From Macrostomum hystrix (taxonomy: Eukaryota; Animalia; Platyhelminthes): a DNA stretch of 64,000 bases. Each line of letters starts with the position of its first letter. The first letter of the stretch is position 1. Where the stretch lies: the NCBI GenBank assembly GCA_950097015.1, contig CATNEN010000007.1, forward strand, positions 11,160,001-11,224,000, written 5' to 3'. The notes under the pieces were generated by a model, which did no database searches, had not been told where the DNA came from, and saw only the letters and a program-made list of their open reading frames with translations. Position numbers and translations under genes: made by a program. This document shows, in pieces, positions 43,416 through 56,329 of the stretch.

Positions 43416-44314
43416 CTAGGCCACTCTTCCTGAGTACTCAATTCTTGGATACGTATTTGGAGCAGGGGCTCCGCACCTGATGTACCTGGGCTGCCCTGTC
43501 GGCCGCCGCACTGCAGGGGCTGCTGCACCGGCCTCCTGACGTCGGAGCCGTAGCACAGACGCATCGTTGGCCTCCATGACGCTCGCTTGGGCCTCCGCCG
43601 CTTCCATGGCCCGGGCCGCCCGCACCGCCTGCTCCAGGTCCACGTTGTCGATGGCTAGCAGCTTTCGACGGAGCTGGTTGGAGCTGCAGCAGGCAATCAC
43701 CTGATCACGGATCAGAGACTCTCGCAGGTCTCCGAAGGCGCAGCAGTCGGCGGCGTCCTTGAGGCGCTGGAGCCAGTCGTCTATGGGCTCACCGGGGCGC
43801 TGAGTGCAGAGCCTGAACTGGTAGCGGGTGAACGGCAGATTCCGCTTGCCGTCGAAGTGCTGATTGAGCGCGGCAACGAGTGTGTCGACGTCCTTGTCCG
43901 CCGCCTCGTTGGTGAGGCCGGCCGCGATCACTTGCAGGTCCTCGCCGGCGGTGTACAGTAGCAGCTGGCGCAGCCGCTTCTTATCGTCGATGCCTGCGGC
44001 GACCGTGAACAGCTGGAACTGGGCGAGCCATTTCTTCCATTTTGTTTGGGCTGTGCTAGGGTCCGTGCGCAAGTCCAGTGCGGGTGGGCGTTGAATACTG
44101 ACTTGCGACGCCATTGTAGTGCAGTTGAGTGAGTAAGGAACGTGGCCTCTTGGGCCGTATATTTGAGTTCTTAAATAGTCGCAGCCACAGTGGCTACAGA
44201 CGTGCAGCCCAGTCATGAGCGCATTACGCAACACAAAGTACACGCCAAGAGCATTGCACGTTGACAATGACGCTATGCCAGTGTGGGAGGGAGAGGGCAA
44301 CGCAGTTCACTACA
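43416..44314 (-). mobile_element. Truncated Gypsy-type element: 5' LTR (44115-44314) + gag (44114-43416)
   Basis: TGTAGTG...CACTACA termini; PBS-like TGGCGTCGC; gag WKKWLAQFQLF...LLYTAG...RYQFRLCTQRPGEPIDDW...LIRDQVI. Confidence 0.8.
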
Positions 44315-44624
44315 CATTCCATATGGCATTGGGAAGCACAGGGTGTTAGATTTGCATTCCATATGGCATTGGGAAGCACAGGGTGTTAGATTTGCATTCC
44401 ATATGGCATTGGGAAGCACAGGGTGTTAGATTTGCATTCCATGTGGCATTGGGAAGCACAGGGTGTTAGATTTGCATTCCATGTGGCATTGGGAAGCACA
44501 GGGTGTTAGATTTGCATTCCATATGGCATTGGGAAGCACAGGGTGTTAGATTTGCATTCCATATGGCATTGGGAAGCACAGGGTATCAGGTTTGCATTCC
44601 ATATGGCATTGGGAAGCACATTCC
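44315..44624. repeat. 40-bp tandem repeat (CATTCCATATGGCATTGGGAAGCACAGGGTGTTAGATTTG)n
   Basis: About 7.5 copies abutting the LTR. Confidence 0.95.
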
Positions 44625-44935
44625 GTTGCTACGCAGAAACATGAAAGCGTCAAGGTGCTCGCAGAGACTTTCTGGATTTGGTGCAAGCAAGCTTAGAGTG
44701 ACGTTTTAAATCCACAACATTAAATCTAGGAAAGTCGACCCTATAGGCCCCATTTACTCATAGGATTAAGAGGATTAATATGCAATTCATAGGGATCATC
44801 ATAGGAATCCACAGCAATTTTGATTGGAGCACAGATCATACCCTAGCTACACATAAGCAATAATTTCTATCTCCGTTCACCGAAAAAGTAGAGCTAATCA
44901 TGCAAATCCTTTTCGTGGCGGATTTTTTGCGAGAT

Positions 44936-46017
44936 TGCTGATCCGGCATTCTGTGGATATTCTATCCTCAGTGAGGCAGTGTGGCTGATCCGGCAGTCTG
45001 TGGATATTCTATCCTCAGTGAGGCAGTGTGGCTGATCCGGCATTCTGTGGATATTCTATCCATAGTGAGGCAGTGTGGCTGATCCGGCATTCTGTGGATA
45101 TTCTATCCATAGTGAGGCAGTGTGGCTGACCCGGCAGTCTGTGGATATTCTATCCTCAGTGAGGCAGTGTGGCTGATCCGGCATTCTGTGGATATTCTAT
45201 CCATAGTGAGGCAGTGTGGCTGACCCGGCAGTCTGTGGATATTCTATCCTCAGTGAGGCAGTGTGGCTGATCCGGCATTCTGTGGATATTCTATCCATAG
45301 TGAGGCAGTGTGGCTGATCCGGCATTCTGTGGATATTCTATCCATAGTGAGGCAGTGTGGCTGATCCGGCAGTCTGTGGATATTCTATCCATAGTGAGGC
45401 AGTGTGGCTGATCCGGCATTCTGTGGATATTCTATCCATAGTGAGGCAGTGTGGCTGACCCGGCAGTCTGTGGATATTCTATCCTCAGTGAGGCAGTGTG
45501 GCTGATCCGGCAGTCTGTGGATATTCTATCCATAGTGAGGCAGTGTGGCTGATCCGGCATTCTGTGGATATTCTATCCATAGTGAGGCATTGTGGCTGAT
45601 CCGACATTCTGTGGATATTCTATCCTCAGTGAGGCAGTGTGGCTGCTCAGGCATTCTGTGGATATTCTATCCATAGTGAGGCAGTGTGGCTGATCCGGCA
45701 GTCTGTGGATATTCTATCCATAGTGAGGCAGTGTGGCTGATCCGGCATTCTGTGGATATTCTATCCATAGTGAGGCAGTGTGGCTGACCCGGCAGTCTGT
45801 GGATATTCTATCCTCAGTGAGGCAGTGTGGCTGATCCGGCAGTCTGTGGATATTCTATCCATAGTGAGGCAGTGTGGCTGATCCGGCATTCTGTGGATAT
45901 TCTATCCATAGTGAGGCATTGTGGCTGATCCGGCATTCTGTGGATATTCTATCCATAGTGAGGCAGTGTGGCTAATCCGGCATTCTGTGGATATTCTATC
46001 CTCAGTGAGGCAGTGTA
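44936..46017. repeat. 47-bp tandem repeat (GCTGATCCGGCATTCTGTGGATATTCTATCCATAGTGAGGCAGTGTG)n
   Basis: About 23 near-identical copies, no unique spacers. Confidence 0.97.
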
Positions 46018-47006
46018 GATACGTTTTTGTATTTAAGTTTTATAAAAATATTCATAAAATCTAAAAAGTTTAAATTACGCGAAAAAAATATTCATTTGTT
46101 TTACTTTTCACCGTACCAATAGTAGTGTAGTAGTCATTTCTTTGTTTTAAATGCATACGCATACTGTATGATTATTCTTTTGTAAAAATTGATGATTTAA
46201 ACAAACGCTAATTTGCCTGTGTATATATAGCCGCAACTTGTAGAGAGAAAAATAAAGGTTCATCAACGACGAAAGCGCTTGCATTCAGTGGTTTAAGAGT
46301 CAGAATCAGAAGTGTGTTCAAGATATAAAAAGAGTGCGGTGTGAAAGGAGTATATTGTGTTGTTCATTTTAAAAGAGAGGAGAATATTGAGGAATATATA
46401 TTCTCATATATTCAGCTAAACGGACTTTTTTGACGATTTGCAGATCTATGGCTGTCTTCATTTTGATTGTCCATCTTCTCATATTGATTGTCAAAACCAA
46501 TACCATTTGAATCTTTAAATATTAGGCGTTAAAAAAAGAAGTGAATTTGCTGCTACACCTGCAATAGTTAATTGAAGCCGCTTTCCCTGCACAAAACGCG
46601 CCTATGTCCAATGGCATTTTAAGCATGTGTGAATTCGATTCTTAGATAGCTTTGAGACGATCAGATCTGAGTCTGAGTGGGCGAACAAAAGGCAGGAAGA
46701 AATGTCGGAGGGTTGCCGCATGTGTTAACCACTCATCTACATCTCCTTAAGTCCAAACCCTCCAAACATATATATGTGCTTGTCGGATCAGTATTCAGGG
46801 ATAAATGTTCCCATTTTTGCCAAACTCTAATTATGCTGATTTGTTAATTACGCCCGGTGTTGTGGGTAGCAGCGCGACTGTCTATGGGCCTGGGGGCTAG
46901 TAAAAATAAATCGAATCTGTTTGGAAAGTAAAACGGGGAGTTTTGGTGCGTTTTTTGTCTCAAAAGGTCTACTTGGTGTGCTGCTTTAGCGGCCTGTGCA
47001 AATTCA

Positions 47007-50000
47007 ATGGAGATTGACGATAGTGACACCACTGTGCAGGAGAGCAAGCCGTCCGTGCTAGTGCAGCAGATTAAGAAGCGGCTGCAGCAGCCAGCCAATG
47101 CCGGCCAGGTCGATACCGGCGAGTACAGTGACAGCAAGGCCAGTGACAGCAAGGTCGGTGTCGGAAAGGCCAGAGCTGGCCGGGCCGGTGCCGGCAAGTC
47201 CATCGTCGGTCGTGCCAGTACCAGCCTGACAGCGACCGCCACGGTTTCAACTCAAATTGAACAACCAAAGCTTTTCGCAAGTGGAAGCACCGCGCACTCG
47301 CTCCCTAGCTTTCCCAATCTGGGCCCTCTGGTCCGGCTCCAAACGGACGTCCGACTGTCGACGGCGGGACTGAGGAATTTCGTCAACTCGGACACTAATT
47401 TCTATCCGTTCGAGTGAGCTGGCCAAATGTTCTTGCCTTTCGTTTGCTAACTCAGCTAACTCAGCCCCACTACAGCTGTCTTGTACCTGGCCCAATCACA
47501 ATCGATGGAGACCGCTGACAGATCAGACTGCTAGTAGCTTGTCCGTAGCTTGTCGTAGCTTGTCCGTAGCTTGTCCGTAGCTTGTCGTAGCTTGTCCGTA
47601 GCTTGTCCGTAGCTTGTCCGTAGCTTGTCCGTAGCTTGTCCGTAGCTTGTCCGCAGCTTGTCCGTAGCTTGTCCGTAGCTTGTCAGTTGGCAGAGAGGAG
47701 TAACTTTGCATCCCTCATTCTGCTGACCGCCTACGAGCATAAAAACGCAATGCTTTGTCGCCTTGGAATTAATTGGGATTTCTCGAAAACGCATCTCGGG
47801 TGCAAATTGTTTGAAAAAATGTTAATTAAACCATTTGGCTTTGTTTCAGAGTCTTCGTCACATTCAAGCCACCCAAGCCTAGCGACTTCATGTGGAACTT
47901 TAAGCACGACTTCTACCTATCCATCATGTATAGCCAGGTGAACAGGTTCTTCTTCCCCTTCAATAGGCAGAACTCGCAACTGTTCATCATAATCGACATT
48001 GACAGCACAAGCGAGCCTCTGTGCCTTAACATCCCATCACGGACCATGCTTAGAAACGTCAGCGACGCTCTGATTGACCATGAGGAGATGGGCGTCAAGC
48101 TGTTCGATGACTGTCTCATGATAGCCGTCAGCGCATACAAAGATTACGCTGCCTTCTTCAGTAAGTCTATGCTCAAAGAATTTAGATACTGATAACGCAG
48201 TGCATGATTTTGCTGTTCTGCGACCTCCGCATGCTGCAGCCTCTCCCCATGCTGCTTCTTTGACGTCTGATGATGCTGTTGAGTACCGGGAGTAAGAACT
48301 CAGTAACAACTTGTGTCCTTAACCGTACAAAGACCACTCTATTTTTCCCCAGGGTATTTCAAATACTCACTGCCTACTTCACGATAGTTCCCAAAATCGA
48401 TAGAATGACCGATTTTCGTGAATATCCCCCTTATGGACAAAAATTTCCGCATAAGATGAGCTAACTTTCAAAGCCGTCTGACATCAGCATCGTTCAGATA
48501 TTCAGCGCTTCCTATCGAATACCCTAGTGACGAGGACAACTAATATTGTCACACACAGACATTGATGTTCTGACCATAGACTACGATCTGCTCATTCGTT
48601 TTTCAGTGTGTTAGCGTAAAAGTAAGCAAAAGTACTAATACACAAGTACGCAAACCGATTAAAGTACTCAAAAAGCTTCTTGAGGTCAGCCACCTCGATT
48701 GGCTCGAATCGCTTCACACTTCTGCATGAAGCTTGAAAGTCACGGACTTTCATGCGAAGCATGCGATTCGCGCTGTCAATCTAGACAACAAGACGATTGT
48801 GTATTTTGAGGTCTACTGAATATAAACAAATTGGTGTCAACTAGAGAAAACTTGAAAAACTTCGTTATATTCTATTCTATTCAATTATACTCTATTATAT
48901 TCAATTATACTGTATTCTATTCTACTCTATTATATTATATTATACTCTATTCTATTATATTCTATTCTACTCTACTCTATTCTATTCTAGTAGTCCTTGA
49001 TTCGTGTGAGAGATAGTTAATTTGTTTCGCCTTGGACTTATTATAATACAAGCCGTTATCCAATGCGGCCCCACCGTCCCCATTCAGGACTGAGCTCTAA
49101 GCCGAAAAAATGCCCGGAGAGCTACAAGAACTTCTGCTACGTGCCTCCTGTGTGGACTAACAAGCTGGAGTGAGCGGAAATTTGAACAGAACCGACTGAA
49201 TTCTGCAGTGCCCATGCCATTCCATTGACAAAGCTCAGCACTTGTCTACATCTAGACTTTAAATCGCTGCAAATTGATTGATAACATTCTGCAGAAAATC
49301 TCCTAATACGGCAGTAAAAAATTCACCTCGATATTCCAGTTTTCCTGTTTGTGAACGCATCTAAAAAATAAACAGATACGTTCAAACTTTGATCAGTCGC
49401 AGGCGTTTCCATTTATGAATTCCAAAATAGCTCAGCGAAGATGAAGCACGAGCAACGACTAGATCCACCAAGGTCAAAGTGAATTACGAATAATTTATAT
49501 TACTTGTCGCGATCTAAGGTTCTGAACATTTTTAAGAATCCAACGATAAAAATATTGAATTGAAACGATTGGAGTTGAAATAAACAACTGACCAAATGCA
49601 AAGTGGTGCCAGTAGTTTCTAGAAGCAGGAAAGCGTTTTTCCGGAAATTGCAATACGAAAGACAATTTAAAACAAACGTTACTGCATGAAATCCAAAAAA
49701 ACAGTTAGACAGCTCCAATGACCTCTGAAAGCAATTCATAAAGCACATTAATTTAACATTGCTTCTTTAAGATTGGATAAATTTTGCAGCAAATTGCAGT
49801 TTTCGTTTTCGCTTTCATTTTTTGAATTATTTAAGCATCGCTCAAATCGCTGTCAATTAATTTAAATTAGAGCACCTTGAATTATTGGATAGTAAGGTGT
49901 GTGCGATTTTCTGTTTTTTTGTTTCTCTAATTTTAAGTCATATATTTGATATTTATTCTGCGTAATTTATATAGGATTATTCGCAAATTTCTCTATTTTA

Positions 50001-52717
50001 TTATAATGATAATGATAATAATATTATGATAAGATGATTATGATGATTATGAAGTTATGATAATGTTGGTAACGAAAATGCAAGTGCACTATTATATGTG
50101 TTTAAGTCACGACATGTAACTTAAAGGTCTCCATATCGTGCCTCTTGATATCAGTTTCAACCCTAATTTTGCAATTATATGGTGCTTATCCATATGGTGC
50201 TTTTAATAATTTGCAAAGCATTTAAAGCATCCTGTTTACACTGTCTACATTTACACTTTTAAATCCAAGCCTGAACTGGACCCTCATAATTCCCATGAAA
50301 TTAGTTATAATATAACTAATAATGATGGAGCAAACCATTTTAGTTCTAAAATATGTTTACCATATTATTTAAAAAGTGTATCCATGGATCAAATTTTATA
50401 GGCCTAATGATAAAGAAATGCAGAACAAGTTTGCACAATTACACGATATTCTATGCATTTTTTCTAGAACCTTAGCTAAAACTGTACCTAAGAAAGTTGC
50501 TAAACCTAATATGTGTACATTTTTAGCAGTTGTTTATAATAAGCTTTTATTACAATTTCAGCATTTCAATGAGGTGTAAAACCTGTGTAATTGACAAGCC
50601 ATCTAATGAGTATCCATTGGAGCCTCTAACAGAAAATTGTAACCATCCACTGCTGCAAATCTGCATTCGGGTATGTTTTTTATTTAAGTATAAAATTGTT
50701 TTTGTTAAGCATTTTAGTGTAGACCATGCACAGATCAAGACTGAAATTCGAGAGTAAAAAAGTATCTTTATATAATTTCTCATGCTATTAGCTAACAAGG
50801 TATGACTTTTGACATAGTTCTCAACTTGAGCAATCCATTTAAGTTTACTTTTTTATAAACTTATGGATTTCTGAAGGGGATATTATTTAATGCATGTATA
50901 TTTATCCTGTCACACAGTGCTGCCTCGAGTACATAGAGTCTCAGGGTGCCTGCCCCTACCAACAGTGTCGCAATGAGGTCGAGCTGGACTCAGAGTCTGT
51001 TGCCATCTACAAAATGCAGCTGGATAGCGTCATCTACGACTACAGGGACAAGGAGGTTCATGGTGTGTTTTTACCTATTTCAACCTTGGAAAATAGAAGC
51101 AGACAATGATCTTAACAAATTTTGCTGCCCTGATTTCCCTGCTGCAGTAGGAAATTCCGCAGCACCCCTTTATTAGAATTTATCTTGATGCCCACAGTGG
51201 CCCGGCCGCAGCCCGCATCTGCGCTGCTCCTGGCCATGTCGGTGCCACTGAACCTGTCCGTGAGCTTTATGTCCGGAGACACCGTGACCCTGTGCGCCAA
51301 CAGCCGCGACACACTGTCATCCTTCAAGGAGAAACTGCGAGACCGCATGGAGGACAAGCCGCCGCTGCGAGAGATCAAACTTCTGCTGGGCGGCTCATCA
51401 CTCGAGGTTGCAATCGTTCAAAACATCCTACCTTAATAATAAAAATAATTGCAGGAAAGGTTGCTGGCAATAGCACATCATTTGGTGACAGTCACCCGCA
51501 GCCAGCGAGGAGGCAATTCTGCCCATTCCGCTGCCCATTCTCCTGAGCACACAGATACCATACGCAGGCATACGTTTACATAGGTGTGTACATCTGCCCT
51601 GACCTTCTCATCGTCAGGCGGTGTACACTTTCCCTGTGCCTTGGAGGTTGGCCCTCAAGGGCGTAAATTGCACGACAAGCCACCAAGTCTTCTATCCGCG
51701 ACTGCGCCCCAAATGAATGTGGCCTCGCCGCGGTATCGAGCTCAGGTACCTTGGTGCGAGAGGCAAACGTTAACCGCTCCTCCACTCACCCCCATCCTGC
51801 CTTGCATTGTGCATATTGAGCTTTTGTGGGCTGTTAGTGAGCTTTGTTGCAAGCCAATCCCCTGCGTGTGTATCTTGTATTAGGTTCAGCAGAATATTAG
51901 TGGGCTTTTTGATTGTTGCAAGCCAATCTCCACCGATTGCAGGGCGACCACCTGACTCTGGCCGATTTGGGCATTGCCACCGGCTGCACCGGTCTGAGAG
52001 CCATCCGCGTGCTTTACGAGGTGCCCAGTGACTTGAACAAAATCCGGTTCTCCATGTCATGGGGCTGGCCGGACTTGAATCCAAAGAACTACCTGGATAC
52101 CGCTTGCATCACTTTCTCAAAGGTTGGCGGTGTCATCACTCACCTGGATAATATTGACTTCCGGTCCACCTGGTGGCAGCAGGCGGCTAGCTTTGCTTGC
52201 TACGGGAACTACATCGAGCACTGTGGCAATGCTGCTCTGGACTGCGGGACGCAGAGAAGCACCTCCACATTCAATGTGAGCACTCGTTGCATTCAAAAGG
52301 ACCGCGGGAACCTTGAGCATTCGATCACTGAAGCAAAAATCGCCGAATCCTTGAGTCTGTAAGTGCACATTCATTTTGCAGGTATGGGTTCAGAGCTTGG
52401 ACCACCTGGTGGTGAGAGGCCGGCCTGTGACCCACCTGCTATTCCTGATGAGCGCCTGGCGCAGGCCCAGCATGCAGGGCTACCGAATGCCAACGCTGGA
52501 GTTCTATGACAGCTCCCGGCCGACCCAGAGTCTGTACGAGGGCACTCTGGAGTTCAGCCGCTTCTCTCATTACAGGGGCCTCATCGTCTGCCTGCTGAAA
52601 AAGGACCACGGTGCATGGCAGATTGTGCGGGTGGCCCGGCCTTTCAGCAGCGGCGATGCCACCAACTACTCGCCCATTGTGGCCGAGTGCCGCCGTGTTG
52701 TAGAGAACTTCGGCTAG
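47007..52717 (+). CDS. Multi-exon RING finger - ubiquitin-like - TerD-like protein; exons 47007-47413, 47850-48160, 49088-49169, 50562-50670, 50918-51055/62, 51198/212-51406, 51943-52275, 52382-52717
   Basis: Phase-compatible GT-AG exons; RING CKTC...CNH...CIRC...CPYQQC; Ubl LSVSFMSGDTVTL...IKLLLGGSSLE-GDHLTLADLGI; TerD-like SWGWP..YLDTAC..IEHCGN..LLKKDHGAWQI. Confidence 0.75.
47533..47684. repeat. 11-bp intronic repeat (GTAGCTTGTCC)n
   Basis: About 14 copies. Confidence 0.93.
48865..48990. repeat. Degenerate (TATTC/TACTC)n microsatellite
   Basis: Visible pentamer array. Confidence 0.85.
51433..51793 (-). mobile_element. tRNA-derived SINE, second copy (intronic)
   Basis: Colinear similarity to 30223-30619 (CCCGCAGCCAGCGAGGAGGCAATTCTGCCCATT...GGTGCGAGAGGCAAACG). 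Confidence 0.85.
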
Positions 52718-53059
52718 CGGCAGCACTATTTCAGCTCTATAAAAAATTGAAATACCTTACTAGTATTGTGTACTGAACTCACAGGAGCTGCTAGCTAGCT
52801 TTTGCTTTCCTCAGCTATGCCTGCTGATAGAGCTGGTAGGTTTCCGATTGTAATCAATGACAGTTTTTTATAGGCGCATCAAATATATCTACCAGATCGT
52901 TTATTTAACTCGAAAAGTGGGAAATTTTCGTTGTAAGTTTTCGTGCACGATTCAGAATTTCGAATGCCAGTTAAAGTAAAAATTCCCACAACCTCATGAA
53001 GGAAACTCACTGCAATTTAGTGAAGCCGATCAGCCGAAAATAACTTTCATCAGGGTGGC

Positions 53060-53176
53060 CTCGGACAAATCAGTCACACAAGGTGAGATACTCGCCCAGG
53101 TAGCGATGCGTGATCATGAGGCTCATGCCCATGTGTTCACAGCAAGGTCCCTTGTTCACAGGTGAAGTCGTGCACG
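53060..53176 (-). pseudogene. 3' fragment of an F-type lectin paralogue, truncated by a LINE remnant
   Basis: VHDFTCE...MGMSLMITHRYLGEYLTLC matches the lectin C-termini. Confidence 0.7.
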
Positions 53177-54030
53177 CTAGAGCTGTAGGTGTTGTTGATT
53201 AGACGCTTCCTCGATCTTCCTTCTGCTTTCACCACTCCAGAACTTCAGCGCTTCCTGCGGCTTCTCACACAGGTCTCCAAGTTCCTTCAGCGGGATGCAT
53301 TTGCGCTCTCCTTCGGTGCCTGGACATTTAAGCACGTGCTCAACCGTTTCCTCCTCTTGACCACACAGCCTGCATCCTCCATCCTCTTGCAGTTTCATCC
53401 TCTTGACCACACAGCCTGCATCCTCCATCCTCTTGCAGTTTCCTCCTCTTGACCACACAGCCTGCATCCTCCATCCTCTTGCAGTTTCATCCTCTTCCTT
53501 CTTCCCGCCAGCTACTAAAATGACTACTAAAAGTAGCCGACTACTAGTGGTCCTTGGCCGCGCCACCGATAGAGTCCGGGGGCGCCAGGGTTAGCCATCA
53601 GGCAGTCGACATTTCACCGAGTTCAGACCTAGCCGCACAGGTGCGATGCCTCAAGCGTGAGCAGAAGCACCTCCTTAGCAGCCATGGAGATCCCGTTCAC
53701 GTCGGGCCCTGTTCCGGCTGGTCTCAATCGAGCAATGAGCCCTGCCTGCGCCACAATGGCTTCGTCTTGCTCGACACTGACCAGCCTATTTAGGCATCTC
53801 CCCTCCGCGGCACTCTAGTGGCCTGCCTGAGCAGGAGGCTGTGGCCCGGCCCCAAGACGTCCGGTAGACGTATAGTCGAGCACCACGCAAAGAACCTCCT
53901 GTACATGCTACTAACAGTTGGACTCGGGGCGCATGATGTGGCCTGCCAACTGGAGTCGCCGACGACGCAGCAGTTCACTTGGACGGGTCAGGCCGAAGCG
54001 GCAATAAAGTTCGCTCGTCGCTGAACTTGA
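53177..54030. mobile_element. LINE remnants (CCHC 3' end on minus strand with local duplications; plus a fragment related to 3300-3600)
   Basis: CRLCGQEEETVEHVLKCP; short (CAA)-like tail; sequence shared with ~3548-3590. Confidence 0.6.
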
Positions 54031-54458
54031 ATGTGTCAAAGGTGATTGACAGGTGTGCTCATTCTTGAGCATATCTTGCGATGCAAATCATAGCAGAATA
54101 TTTGCAAAAGAGCACTTCTCCAGTACCTGGCTCCCAGTCCTCACAGGTACTCCCGGAAGACAGTTTCCGCCACCAAGCGGGCTTTAGTTTTTCATGCAGT
54201 TGATGTGCTCATTATTTAGAAAAGGACGACACAATTCTAAGCAGTAAAAGCAAAATTTCCGAGAATATCAAAATTAACCTTACATCCTAAACATTTACGA
54301 AAGCTGCATGATAATGGCAATAAAATAAAAGTAAATGTCTTGCAAAATCTCAACGCCTAAATATCCGACTCGTATTGACAGCATGAAAACAAGAAAACAT
54401 GAAAACACATTCACTGTCAGTTTTGCTATAAGAAAGCAGGGTCGGAACAAAACTGACT

Positions 54459-55365
54459 TCACAGCAGGCGCCCGAAGGCTATCACCTCACACAAGATGAG
54501 AAACTCGTCCAGGTAGCGCTGCGTAATCATCAGGCTCATACCCACGCGCTCACAGGTGAAGTCCTGCACGCTGAATGCCACGCTGGAGTTGTAGCTGGCG
54601 CACTGCTGGCCGTCCACGGAGATCGCGAAGTTGTTGAGCCGAGACGCACAGCAGTCCTGACGGTTGTAGATGCGCACCAGACCGATGAAGGCCCTTTCAA
54701 TCGTGACCGCCTGCCACCACTGGCTGGTGCCAGCCGATCTGGCTGTGTGGCTGCACGAGGCCCCGGCCAAGTAGCCCTGATTTGTATTTCCATCGATGGC
54801 GCGTCCACAAAGACCGTCGTAGTCCGTGCTGGACTGGTCACAGCCGCCCAACTGCAGCTCGACTGTTATCGAGTTTGTGTGTTTGTGGATATGTTTTGCA
54901 TGGCTGCTTTGCAGAAAAAAATACACTGATTTACTGATTAAACGATTCTAAAGTATTTTGAATAGCGTTTTAGATGGCTGAAGTTAATACCTCGTCCTAA
55001 TGAACAGGCTGCACAATCCAGATACGCAACTCACGTAGCCTCCAGGTGAACAGCCGGTCCCCGCTACAGTTGGTCGCCACTGCTGCCTGAGCAGCCATGA
55101 TCACTTCCTGCTCGCTGCTCAGCAGACCGCAGCCTCCCACTCCGCCCTTTTCTATGATGCGAATGCCGCGGCAGCTCGGCTGCAGGGCGCACCTAAGAGC
55201 GCAGCTGCCGAACGCCTCCTGAAATTTGCCATCGGAGCAGCCGGCAGCGGGGTTCCTGGGCTCGAAGCTCACAGGCGAGCCGCAGCGCTGGAATGCTTCG
55301 GTCGGCAGCAGCAACAGCAGCACGCAGGCTGTGGTCAGTGCCACCAGTCTTGAATGCAATGGCAA
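54459..55365 (-). CDS. PAN/Apple-like + F-type lectin (fucolectin/FTP) protein 1; exons ~55375-55035, 54862-54459; ATG not located
   Basis: Hydrophobic leader; CALRCALQPSCRG; AIDGN...SCSHT...WW...RQDCCASRL...LCEVIAF (H-x28-RxD-x4-R). Confidence 0.82.
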
Positions 55366-56329
55366 GGCGTCCTTCAGAATGAGGAAAAGAAAGAGCAGCT
55401 TTTTGTGATGTCAGTCAAACTCGGCTTTCAGATTTGGACTGACTTTCCGTGTCAAGTTCGACCACTGCGCTCTGAGTATTCAGCAAACGGCCAGGTGAAT
55501 GACGTCACTAGATAAAAAATAACGCACTTGACTGATAAAGTGCAGCCTCACCTCTGCGGAGCTGTCTGTAATCATGGCCGACCGTTTTCCGATGCAGCAG
55601 GGTGCAAGCCCAGTTCTGAGCCAGCTTTGTGCGAGGATGTGTATTAGGAAAGTTTTTGGACTTCAGAGCAAAGGAGCCTGTGAAAGAGTTTTCCCTATTT
55701 ACTAAGCCTTTCAAAGGCCTTTTAAATTATTAATTTTTGCATGCTAGCCTCATTCGCAAATTTATTCCCAGAATTGTCCTGCCGGCAGCATTCAACCGCG
55801 TGTCCCTGTGAGCTACTCTCGATGAGCAGAACCATTGGCTGCGGCGCTGCCATGATGAGCTGTTCATTTTTGCAATACTCTCTTAGAGCTCTTGAAAGCT
55901 TTCTTATTAGGCAGGAAAGTCATCAAGAAGCGCTTTTTTCGTTTAAAATTATTCAAAAGGAATACTGGCTTGCAGCGTTTATTCTCTAGGTTTTCTGCGC
56001 TATTTTTAGATCGCATTGTTTAATTCAACATAAAGCTTTTGCCATGTTTGCACCTGATTCGCTAAATAGTTTCAGCGCTGTAGCCAGAGTCCTATTCCTC
56101 ATTCAGGGCAGTTCCCCAAATTCCTGTTTTTAATTGCCAGATGAAGGCACGCGCAAATGATGCCATTCAAGGTCCAAGGAGTTTCTGCGCGAGTCTCCCG
56201 CGAGACAATTCAAGCTCAAACGCTCCTCTGACGCAAGCATAATTTTATTTTGGATTTTCTTCCCAAAGAAGATCGAGAGCATCATGAAAGCCGCCACTAG
56301 ATTGCTTTGTCTTTTTCAGTAAGACTCAC

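Noticed and set aside
44936-46017. CRISPR-like periodicity (also 29045-29808, 44315-44624, 59323-59799)
   Set aside because: Units are contiguous with no unique spacers, no cas genes, and the context is eukaryotic
48400-48545. Segment similar to ~58740-58890
   Set aside because: Short dispersed repeat fragment; termini and class could not be defined
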